Assembly (NCBI GenBank): GCA_963693365.1
Contig: CAVNZM010000008.1
Location: forward strand, 372,001-436,000
From: Amoebidium appalachense
Lineage: Eukaryota; Protista; Ichthyosporea
Direction of reading: 5' to 3'
DNA length: 64,000 nt
The notes under the pieces were generated by a model. It worked only from the letters and a program-made list of their open reading frames with translations, did no database searches and had not been told where the DNA came from. Position 1 is the first letter of the stretch. Every line of letters starts with the position of its first letter. The translations under genes were made by a program, and so were the position numbers. Of this stretch, positions 53,156-64,000 are shown piece after piece.

Positions 53156-56100
53156 TGTAAACAACTGTACACATGAACTGTACATGTTTACTAAAGAATG
53201 TGATCTACTAGCACACGATTCGTGCTTTGTCATGAATATCACATAAATATTATGTCCGCACCAATAGGACTCACTCTGACCTAAGAATTGAACCATATAT
53301 GGTTCTTCCGCTGCATACCACATAAACGATTTGAACCAATAAGAGGTTTGCATAAATAGGACAAAGGTCTGACTGGCTCGGACCGCACCAGAATCACGAA
53401 TGGCATGTTGCCACCCGCGCTGGCCGCGGATGAACCAATCCTGGGCCTTGATCCGAAACCTGGGGGCTATATAACAAAGCCGTCCCAGTACGGGGATCAC
53501 ATCAGTGAAGTCTGAGACAGACTGAGTCGGCCCATAGTAAAAGCAACCTGGCCGCGTGTGCCTTTCTACCCGTTCTCTGTCTTTATTTTGATTCAGTTGT
53601 ACTCTGCCTTATCCTAACTAGTCCAACTGTTTACATTGGCGACCGCGGCAGGACACTGTTTTACATTGCCAACTGTTTACATTGGCGACCGCGCAGTTCA
53701 AGAATCTCGCATCCTTCGAATCTCACATCTTTCAATCAGTTCAAGAATCTCACATCTTTCAATCAGCTCAAGAATCTCCCATGGCCGATCACAATCCTTT
53801 TTACCCCGATGATAGGCACATCTTTCCTTGTCCGGCTTAGAATATATACACCGACAAGTTTGAAGTGGCCAGCCCACCTACACGGAAAGAATTGAAAGCA
53901 TGTAAAACTTCTTTTGCTACGACACATCAAAAATGTGAAGAAAAACGAATACACAACGAATTTTCAAACAACGAATACACGAACAATCGAATAAAGAATT
54001 GCTAACGAAGCAATGAACCAACGAAAAACGAACCATCACGAATACACAATGAAATAAAGAATGAACGACAAACGAATGCATAGAGGAAATACGAAATGAA
54101 TGCAACACGAAAACAAAACGAAGTAACGAATTTATCAAACGACAAAAAACGAAAAACGAAAGCAAAATGAACTGGAAATACGAAAATGCAAGAACGAATG
54201 CACAACACTGCTTGGGTTGCAATGCACACAGCCCCCTCTATGTTAGGAAGAAAATAAAACCGTTGCCCTTGCGTGCATTGCGCTATTGCACACTGTCATC
54301 GTGTCCATGCCACCGCATGCACCTCCACACTCGCAAGCCAGATGCACGGCCACTTTCAGCACGAATGCATTTAAAGAAGAAGATAGTCGCTGTTCCTATA
54401 GCATTGAGGACATAAGGTGCTGTGAAAGTAGTTTTGCATGCATGCTTCGAATTTCTTGCTGTTTTCGAATACAGCATGCCCCATAGTTTAGCGCACAGGA
54501 TGCACAACATGCGCATGAATGTATGCTGGCATGGGCCTAAACACATTACGAACATATGCCTCATGTATGGCGGCCCTTCCTGGTGCCACGCCCTAACGAA
54601 TTTGCACTCTTGGTGCACAAAAGGCATGTAATAAAGTCGATGCAGAACTTTTGTTCATGCATGTGAAAAACAAAGAAGGTGTTGGGTACGAATTTTAAGG
54701 TGAATGCCCGTCTGTGGCAATACTGTGTAACATACCAATTACACTGTCAAGCCTTGCACTAGCTGCCGGCACACCCCCACCAGAACAAAAGAATGTGGTA
54801 TGGGCACCATTTCCTCACAACCCCAGCATACAGTGTCAGTATTTTGGCTGGAAGCCTTTCAGTTTCGAATTACGAATACCCTCCTTCACTACTGAAGAAA
54901 GTGACGTGGAAGACGAATACGAATACGAATGCAAGGTGTTGTTGACTACTAGTAACACATCGGACCATCATGTGTACCTAGGCCCTGGTACGGAGGTGAC
55001 CATGTTATTCCCTTGCAATATGATGACACTGTAACAATTTAGCACGTGCATACCCCACCAATGGGCACATGCGGGAGACAACCCCACAAGCTGCCTTATT
55101 GGGCACCTCTGCTAAAACGAATATTCTTCTCACGAAGGAACAGAAGAATGCCACGAACACGAACCACACACCCCCCAGGCAGCTACTTACGTCTGATGTA
55201 TGAAAGTAGTAGGTGTGTGAATGGGGTAACTTCATGAACACCAACACGAAAGCAAGCACAGCACAAAGCAGTTCCACGAATACGAATGGTTTTGGTATTC
55301 CACACAACGAACAGAACCTACAGTAGGGCCACCTACAAATGAAGCAGAGCATGGGGCACCATCCAGACCTGCACTGGAGGATATGAAGATACGAAGCGCG
55401 CTCACGAAGTTGCTTACAAAAGAAAGGGCGACTGTGACGACTTTTCTTTTTAGGCCAAGCCTCCAGAAGAATGTATTATGCCTGGAATCCCCCTGCTCAA
55501 CGAAAATGGCTGGCAAATGGGATACGAAAACTGCTCACGAATGGAAGCATGTGTTTTCTGAAGGAGGCTTGCTTTGCCTACCCTCTTCTTATGAATTATG
55601 AACCGGGCTTTTACTGGTTCTGACGGGTGATATATTTCTTTATGTCGCCCAACGAAGAACACTTGGGCATTTTTATTCTGTTTTTCCCAGCTCCGATGAT
55701 GCAGGGTTAAAGCTGAAAGGAAAGAAGTGCTCTTTGTTCATGAAAGAAGTGGCTTTTCCGGCCATGGTGACTCGCCTTACAGTCTTAAGGTAGAACCGGG
55801 ATAAGGAGCAGCGGCTAAGCCTTGAAGCTATCCACCACTACCTGAGCTACGAAGTGACCTAAGGCTCGAGTTATATTCATTATCGAATGTTTGGTATGAT
55901 CATTCATCCACACAACCAAATTACTCGCAATTGAAAACGAATCTGCGGGAGTATCCTAAAAAGGAAAAATTCCCAAAAAGGAAAATACTACTTCTACAGA
56001 AAAGCCAAGCACAGAGACGAAGGCTTAGCGAATTATTCGCACGCACACTCTGCAACAATCTTCGCCACGAAAATGAAATCACAGAAGAATGCTGCATGAA

Positions 56101-56760
56101 TTTACGTTTTGGCAAATGAAGAAGTGCTCATAGACGTGCACAACTCTATTCCACCGTCCTTGCTCTGTTCTGTCCAGCAGCTCGGCACACACAAGAATTC
56201 TCGCTGAAGGTTGTTTATCGCCTCTCAGCCTGGTGGTTTGCTTGTCTAACGACACCACCAGGCTCCCGACAAGGGGGGAGTGTAAACAACTGTACACATG
56301 AACTGTACATGTTTACTAAAGAATGTGATCTACTAGCACACGATTCGTGCTTTGTCATGAATATCACATAAATATTATGTCCGCACCAATAGGACTCACT
56401 CTGACCTAAGAATTGAACCATATATGGTTCTTCCGCTGCATACCACATAAACGATTTGAACCAATAAGAGGTTTGCATAAATAGGACAAAGGTCTGACTG
56501 GCTCGGACCGCACCAGAATCACGAATGGCATGTTGCCACCCGCGCTGGCCGCGGATGAACCAATCCTGGGCCTTGATCCGAAACCTGGGGGCTATATAAC
56601 AAAGCCGTCCCAGTACGGGGATCACATCAGTGAAGTCTGAGACAGACTGAGTCGGCCCATAGTAAAAGCAACCTGGCCGCGTGTGCCTTTCTACCCGTTC
56701 TCTGTCTTTATTTTGATTCAGTTGTACTCTGCCTTATCCTAACTAGTCCAACTGTTTACA
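53156..56760 (+). mobile_element. Non-autonomous LTR retrotransposon derived from Ty3/Gypsy
   Basis: 480-bp LTRs at 53156-53635 and 56281-56760 (TGTAAACA…TGTTTACA, no differences seen). TSD CCGCG at 53151-53155 and 56761-56765. PBS follows the 5' LTR; [13 protein letters not shown] at 56271-56280. Decayed RT remnant AGLKLKGKKCSLFMKEVAF/GH at ~55701-55765. Confidence 0.93.
53637..53654 (+). promoter_or_regulatory. Primer-binding site, probably for tRNA-Arg(UCG)
   Basis: TGGCGACCGCGGCAGGAC is the reverse complement of …GUCCUGCCGCGGUCG-CCA, the eukaryotic tRNA-Arg(TCG) 3' end as recalled from memory, not searched. Confidence 0.75.
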
Positions 56761-57493
56761 CCGCGGCGAGTTCGTGGAGTCGCACGCGTCTCTACAAGCC
56801 GTCGAGCATTTTGTTGTTGACGGGCGTTTCCCATTTGGCCCACGGCCCTTGTCGTCAGACGGATTGTTCCCTGGGGGAGACCTCCCCAAGCCCATCAAGG
56901 AGGAGGCTGAACAGTGGATAGGGCTGGTCAACGCGGGTGTGCAGGCGCTCAATTTGGTTGCTGCACTACCCAAGCTAGCCAACGAGTCGGCGGACGCCTT
57001 TGCGGCCCGTCAGCTTACCCTGCTCCGCGAGCTCGTCGTCGACCTCATCAGTTACGGCGGCGACAGACTCCAGCTGTTGTACATTCGGCGCGCGGAGGGT
57101 CACGCAGTTGCAGAGGTCGCCCGCGCCCAAATTGAGAAGACGTACAACCCCAAGTACGGCGCCAAGTGGTCCAAGGCTGTTGCACACGCAAAACAGAAGG
57201 AGCGCGAATCCGAGCTGGTTCGCGCATCGGCCAACAAGCAAGCTAGCGAGGGGCGGGCCCGCGGGCCCCTACACGCACGAGGGCGGCCGCGGAGGCTACC
57301 CCCAACCCCAACAGGACGGCACCAAGCGGCGGTCACTCTACCGGCGCTCCGCGCCAGTAGAGGTCCCTTCGCCTTCCTTCTCCCAGCGGCGTACGCTGGG
57401 CACTGTACCATAGCGCGGCAATATTCCCCCAAAATTTGGTTTACTTGGAGTTACACTGTTCTACCGTATTGAGTTTCCACGTTCTTCCATTCG

Positions 57494-59233
57494 TTGTTTA
57501 TTAGGTCGCTGCGGAAAATGCCCCTCTGGGCCTTGAACTTCGCCACCGCGGCGGGGGACACTGTCCCGGTAGTTTCTGCACCTGCCCCTTCCCCAGCACC
57601 CACGGAGCCGCCAAGGCCGACTTCTCCGCCCCCCGGTGCCCCTGAAGGGGTGATTATTTTGCCCGATCAAGAAGGTGGTGTGGGCGGCCCAGCTGCGGGG
57701 CCCCCTCCCACTGTGGATGTACAACCCGCGGCGACGGGGCGTGTTTATGTTTCTCCCATCGGCGACTTTGGTGCGTGGCGTGCGGCTGTGGTCCAATCTA
57801 TGCCCTCAACCCTCCGGGCAAATGTTGATGTTTTGATCAGCAACACCCTTGCCGCCACCACCTGGGAGCGCTACCAGATGGAAATTCGGTTTTACCTTCA
57901 GTTTTGTCAAGAGTCCGCCTTCGCCCCTTGGCCCCTCACCGGCACGGTTGCCACTGCGTATGTGGCCAAGTTGATGGAGCGAAATTACGCGCCGGGCACG
58001 GTGGTCGGCAAGCTCTCTGCCCTGCGCAAGGTACACGAACTTTGGGGGCTCCCATACCCTCCCCCATCGGTCATGTCCGCCCTCACCCAGGGGTACACCC
58101 GCACCCATATGCAGCGTAACCCCGACAAGCTGGCCGACCCGCGGCGGTTTGATGCCGAATGGGTGTCCCTCATCCTCACCCACCAGCCACAGACCACCGC
58201 CGACACACAGCGGCGCCTGGGCGTGCTCCTGTTGGCCTACCTCTGGGGCCTGCGGTGGACCACGGTCACCGAACTGCTCGCAGAAGACGATGTTTTTGAA
58301 GGCCCGCACCCACAAGGCCACCGCATCACTCTACGGCTGCGGAAAATCAAGCAAGGCGCGGGCAAGTTGCGTGACCCAGTCGTGCGCACGCGTGTGGTGC
58401 CCACCATCTGTGTCCCGGCCCTACAGGCAGCAGTGGCTGCCACCCCCCCGTCCCCCCGGCGCCCCCCACTGCATCCTCCCCACCGGTAACGTCAACCACC
58501 AGACCGCGTGGATGCAGCGCGAGTTGTGCGCTTGTAAACAACTGTACACATGAACTGTACATGTTTACTAAAGAATGTGATCTACTAGCACACAATTCGT
58601 GCTTTGTCATGAATATCACATAAATATTATGTCCGCACCAATAGGACTCACTCTGACCTAAGAATTGAACCATATATGATTCTATTGCTGCATACCACAT
58701 AAACGAAGTGGACCAATAAGGGGTTTGCATAAATAGGACAAAGGTCTGACTGGCTCGGACCGCACCAGAATCACGAATGGCATGTTGCCACCCGCGCTGG
58801 CCGCGGATGAACCAATCCTGGGCCTTGATCCAAAACCTGGGGGCTATATAACAAAGCCGTCCCAGTACGGGGATCACATCAGTGAAGTCTGAGACAGACT
58901 GAGTCGGCCCATAGTAAAAGCAACCTGGCCGCGTGTGCCTTTCTACCCGTTCTCTGTCTTTATTTTGATTCAGTTGTACTCTGCCTTATCCTAACTAGTC
59001 CAACTGTTTACAGCGCTATCGGCGTGGAGCCCCTGTTAGCCAACGCCGTCACCTTCCACTGCCTCCGTCATGGCATGGTCGGCGCGGCCAAGGCTGCGGG
59101 GGTCTCTGACCAGCAAATTGATTGGCTCGGCGCCTGGCTTGGCGCGAAGCCGGCCACCTACGGCACCGGCCACCAACATACAGCCGACGACGTGCTGTAT
59201 TTTGAAGCCCTGCGGGGCCTTGTTTGCAGTTGA
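57494..59233 (+). pseudogene. Tyrosine recombinase (DIRS/Ngaro type), split by a solo LTR and a +1 shift in a C-run
   Basis: Core-binding region (TLAATTWERY…YVAKL…APGTVVGKLSALRKVH), box I YLWGLR and RKIKQ. After a +1 shift at ~58443-58457 and removal of the solo LTR it reads MQRELCA|IGVEP…TFHCLRHG…LGAW…PATY (R-K-H-R-W-Y). Confidence 0.88.
58533..59012 (+). mobile_element. Solo LTR of the same family
   Basis: 480 bp with TG…CA ends. TSD GCGCT at 58528-58532 and 59013-59017. About 10 substitutions relative to the paired LTRs. Confidence 0.95.
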
Positions 59234-61825
59234 TTGTGTAAACTGATCTCTAATAAGCTTGTAACGGCGCAATACTTGTCTGATCATGAAGGCAGCAGTG
59301 GACGCAGGTAGCAACCATACATCTAAATACTTAGCTTGATTCATCAAGCACTATTTAGAGTGTATTCTAGGGCAATCATTGGTTGAAATAGTGTTTCTAA
59401 CAATGATAGCCCATTGGGTGAGCTCCTTTGGTATATAAGGAGCGAACTCCTACTAGTTGTTAGCTCATTTCCCAACGTCGCACCCACTTCACCCACCCAC
59501 CCGCCCGAGCTCTGGGGTTGCATCCCAACATTGCATTGCATACACAGCTTCCGAGCTTTATGCGCACGTCCCCACAACACAACACACGCACATGCACACA
59601 CATGCACACACAACACACGTACACATGCACACACACACACACATGCACACACATGCACACAAAACACACGTACACATGTTCACTCACACACCCGCACACA
59701 CACACACACACACAAAACACACATATACACGCACGTACACGCACACACGCATGCCCCCCTTGTGCGCACGGGTGGTGGGTGAGGGAGTGAGGTTTTGGTA
59801 AGGATATGAGGACGAGGTTGTGGTAAGCCTGTAAAGTGGTGTGTGTAGCTAAATGTAAGTGTTGTCGACGATCTCTGATCCCTGTGGGATCACAGCCTGA
59901 ACCGAGCTCATAAAGCAATCGAAAGCAACCATACATCTAAATAACCTTTTTTGGCTATAGAATCTTCCTAAACCTGCTAGATCCAGGTGTCACGTGGCAA
60001 AATTTCTCATTTTGAAACTTGGGAAGGAATCCGGATGATTAAGGATCTTTCTAATTGTATTTTTTTTTTCCCGAATAATAAATCCAATATTTACAACTTT
60101 TCTACCCACTAAACATTTGGTGTGCAATTTCTAGCTGCTGCTTTTACAAAAGAACTATATACGACTGTTAAAACTTTTGTGTTTTTTGCCCCACATTGAA
60201 AATGTATCGATCTCTTTTCATATGGGGGTGACCAATCTACACTTGAGGAACATAAAAGACCCACACACGTGTCCGCAGACCTCATTTTCGTTTCCACCCC
60301 GACACAACGAAACTCACTTCTAAGGTATTTCTTTTTACCTCAAAGCCCTTGCTCTTCAGTTCTCACTCATACCCCTCCCCCCCCCCCCCCCCCCCCCCCC
60401 CTCCCCCCCCTCTCCCCTTCCCTTCCTCACACTCCACCCTGTCCCCTTCCTTCAAAATCAACCAACCAACCAACCAACCAACCATACAACACCCTTCACA
60501 CCTTCCTGGTTAGGTGCGCACTGATGACAGCTGAATTCCTCGTTCCGTATGTGGTGGCTTGCTGCCCATGCCGATTAATTCCCTCTGAGCCCACCTACAA
60601 CTGTCTGCTTTATCCTTTTCCTTTGTGTTTTCTGCTCTCGTTGACCCACCGCTCTCTGCAGGTATCACCGTCGCTGCTGCTGTGTTTAGACGTCCGTTGT
60701 GGCCGGCCGTTCGAACTGTCGGAGTCACTCCCACCAAACCTGCTACCTCCTTCAGGGCTCCTTTTCTCCTCCTGCCTTTTGCCTCATTTCTTTTTGCTGT
60801 TTTGTTCTCGTCGTCTGTCCCGTCACCCACTCCTTTCGTCCCTTCTCTTAGAGAACCACCTTTTCTTCAGACTGTATCCTTGACTTTTTCTTTTTTTTGC
60901 TGATTTTGTTAGGTATTGCTTTATCCTTTCTGCCCTTTTTTTGTGTTAAGTATTCTTGCTCTTGCTCTGGCCTGTATCCTTCACTTTGGTATGCCTGTGT
61001 GGCCGGCTGGACCGGCCTGGTTCAATAAACAGTCCGAGACAAAATCCTGCTCTACAACGAAGTACAAAGAAACTTGTGTTGGGTTGAAGAGGCGTGCATA
61101 ACAGGCAACTTGGTGTTTGCTTGGCCCGCCAACGCTTTGAAAAAGACAGCATAGAACCTCGTCACTCCCATACCCCCATGACCAACCTGGTTGACGGTTT
61201 ACTTGTTGTCTACTACATAAACGCCTGCTGTATATACGCGTGTGAGTCATTCTCGTATATTACTCTTTTCAAGATTCTGAGCAACGGCCTGTGTCACCGT
61301 TGACGCTGTAGGCCTTCTTCTCTGCCCGTACGGTTTGGGCCCTGATGCGCAGGGGCGCGGCGGCGGCGGCCGGATGCTTGGTGGCTCAGTCAGTGTACCT
61401 ACTTGTACCAAAATAGGCAGGGTTTGAAAGCCAAAAAAAGAGAAGTGCACACTTCTGCGCAGTTTCCGAATAGAGAATCACAAGCAAGAAAGAGATACTG
61501 TGAGCTCTATTAGTTGACCTTTGAATTGTTGGTAGCGTAGGGTGCAACCAGCGAGTCCAAGCGACTGTTTTCATCCATACGCACAACAACCCTTAGAAGC
61601 CCTGTAGCTGTTGATACTTGCAGGCAACAGCAATGGCCCACACGATGGAGGAGTTGAGGTGTGTGCTTGTGTGTTTGTGTGCGTGTACGTGGGTCTGTGT
61701 GTGTGTGTATGTGCAACCCTGCTTATGTGTATATATGGGTGTGCGTGCATGCGTGTGTGTGTGCATGCATGTGCCCGTGTGCCTGTGTGTGTGTGTGTGG
61801 GGAGGGGGGGGGGGGAGGGGGGGAG

Positions 61826-61892
<67 letters not shown>

Positions 61893-62611
61893 GTGTATGT
61901 GTGTGTGGGTGTACGTTTGTTTGTGTGTTTCCGTGTGCGTGGATGCACTGTACACAACGATGGAATTACTGTTTGAGAGGGGAGGAGGTGGTGGTGTGAG
62001 ATGGACAAGGGGGCCTAGCTAGACTGACGCTCAGGAGAGAACACGACGGGCTGGTGTGGCTGCAAATATGACGGTGTGGATGGGTTTGGGGTGGAGAGAA
62101 GGGAGGGGGTACCGTGAGCGTTGGTGGGAGGCCTGAAAGAAGAAAATATGGGTACGGCAAAGGGATAAGTGGAAGCGAATTGGGGGAGGAAGGAAAGGGG
62201 GGGGCAGAGAGGGCAGATCTAAGCACTAAGAAGGCACCATGACTACAAGCCAATGTAAGATGCAGCACAGTCCGAAGATTAAGATTAGCTGAGCCACACT
62301 GTGTGGTGTGCCTGCATCTGTGACCTGCTGCCAGCATAGGTGCTCAGTAAAATTGCAGGTGTTTGGGTCACTGTGATAGCTTGGTGTGGGCACCGGAAGC
62401 ATACACAGACATATGCTGTTCGCAGATTTTTAGAACAGGCGAAAACGTACACACTGACACACACGCACACTGAGAGACACACGACACATGCACATCACAC
62501 ACACACACACATGCACAATACGCACGAGCACACTTTAGCTCTCCCCATATGCACTTAAGCACACGCATAAAACTGATGCGCATGCACACACCAGAAACAT
62601 ACACACTACGG

Positions 62612-62651
<40 letters not shown>

Positions 62652-64000
62652 TCCCCCCCCCTCCCCCCCCCCCCCCCCCCCCCTTCTTCCCGCCTCCTCA
62701 CACACACACGCACACACACACACACACAACACACACAGGTCTGCCTGGAATACTCGGTTTTCTGGAGCAGATTGGGCGGATGGGATCCGCATGCAGGTAA
62801 GGCTGCTACAACGGGACAGGGTATGTGCTTTTGTCTGTTGGAGCAGGACAAGCCCTGCCCCAAGGGGAGGGAGGGAGGGGGGAGGGGGGAGAGAGGGGAA
62901 GTGGGGGGGGGGGAGGGGGAGACGAGTGTCCAGGGGTTTAGGGAAGGAGGAGGGCTGCTCCGTGGTGTGCTGTGCTGATTCTTGTTACAGTGGGTGACGA
63001 AACGGGGGGGAGGGGGGAGGGGGAGGGGGGGGGGGGGGGGGGAGGGGGGAGAGGGGGGGGGAGGGGGGGGGGGGAAGAAATGCATTTCAAAGGGGTGCAT
63101 GGTTTCCTTCGTGTGTAATGTTCTTGCTTGCTTTCGTTCCATTTCTTTCCCTTCCTTCTCAATAAACCCGTCTCGTTATCTCTGTCATATTTTCTGGATG
63201 TGGGTTTGTATACATGTGTGTGTGGATGTGTGTTGCCTATGCTGTTTGCTTTTCCATTTCGTAATTTTTTATTTTTGAATCCCACTTCGCCTTGAATCTT
63301 TGTTTACTCAATGCGGGGAGAGAGGGGGGTGGGAGGGGGGAGAGGAGGAAGGGGTAGTGTTGTTACTATTCCCATGTGGCACATAGGCACATGCAATCCC
63401 TGGCTGACTGGGTGGCAGGCCATGCGTGGCAGTTTGGCTACATTTCCCCTCAGAAGCATCTGCTGGCAGGTTTCAATCCCCCCCCCCCCCCCCCCCCTTC
63501 CCCCCCCCCGGCCGCAGCCGCGACCAACCAGTCACCCACCCGCTTCCAGCGTCAACACACATCGGCGCATGCACACGCGCGCGCGCATGCACACACGCGC
63601 GCGCACACACACACACAGGGAGAGAGGGGAAAGTGGGGAAGAAGGGGGGCGGGGAGGGGAGGGGGGAGGGGGAAGGAAGGAAGAGACACGACTCAACATA
63701 AGAATAAAATAGGGAATAAAATGACAGGCAAAATCCCCGCCAACACTCCCCCCCCCCCCCCCCCCCCTCCCCCTCCCCCCCCCCCCCCCTACCCCCCCAC
63801 TAAAAAAAACAAGCACACACATCTAGCGCCAACTGTTTTCCTTTTTCATGTCCGTTGGTCTCAAACCTCTCGCTGGAATACTGTTTATGATCTCTGCACG
63901 TCTTTGGCTGAGGGTTTGTTCATGGGATGCATCTTTGTAAGCGTCCCCCCCCCCCCCTCTCCCCCTCCCCCCCCTCACACACACACACACACATTTTTTT

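Larger units (their letters stand above)
53005..57472 (+). pseudogene. ORF1 of the YR element (gag-like position, 285 aa), split by the LTR element
   Basis: 53005-53155 (MENAAFNLYSAEV…LRLTR) continues in frame at 56766 (GEFVESHASLQ…) after removing the insertion and one TSD copy. Confidence 0.7.
52731..59943 (+). mobile_element. Tyrosine-recombinase element with split direct repeats (Ngaro/PAT-like), no visible RT, interrupted by two LTR insertions
   Basis: A1 52731-52895 matches A2 59328-59492 (165 bp, one mismatch seen). B1 59310-59329 matches B2 59924-59943 (AGCAACCATACATCTAAATA). B1 and A2 overlap at a TA. The interior holds ORF1 and a YR ORF. Confidence 0.85.

Noticed and set aside
53147-53500. 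Antisense ORF MIPVLGRLCY… present three times
   Set aside because: It recurs only because it lies within the LTR, starts at GTG and has no recognisable domain.
60510-62830. Possible spliced gene on the minus strand at the right end
   Set aside because: Some non-repetitive open stretches exist, but there is no recognisable domain and no consistent exon chain could be built.

Overview
Intron-rich eukaryotic DNA read with the standard code and GT-AG introns; the lineage cannot be fixed from sequence alone. Introns are packed with (CA)n/(GT)n microsatellites and long G/C homopolymers, and most ORFs in the supplied track are artefacts of these repeats. Three conserved multi-exon genes can be spliced by eye: DIS3/RRP44 (+, <27-12396), a single-chain alpha-beta NAD(P) transhydrogenase NNT (-, 26274-38530) and an ABCF/GCN20-like ATPase (-, 43391-48539). 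Accessory content includes a spliced OTU + CXC + Myb-like + Zn-ribbon gene, an almost intronless WD40-like gene next to a LINE 3' fragment, and a CENP-B/pogo HTH fragment. The most interesting locus is 52731-59943. Removing a recent non-autonomous Ty3/Gypsy-derived LTR element (53156-56760) and a solo LTR of the same family (58533-59012) reconstructs a ~3.1 kb element. It has Ngaro/PAT-type split direct repeats (A1...B1-A2...B2), a 285-aa ORF and a tyrosine recombinase with all catalytic motifs, but no visible reverse transcriptase.
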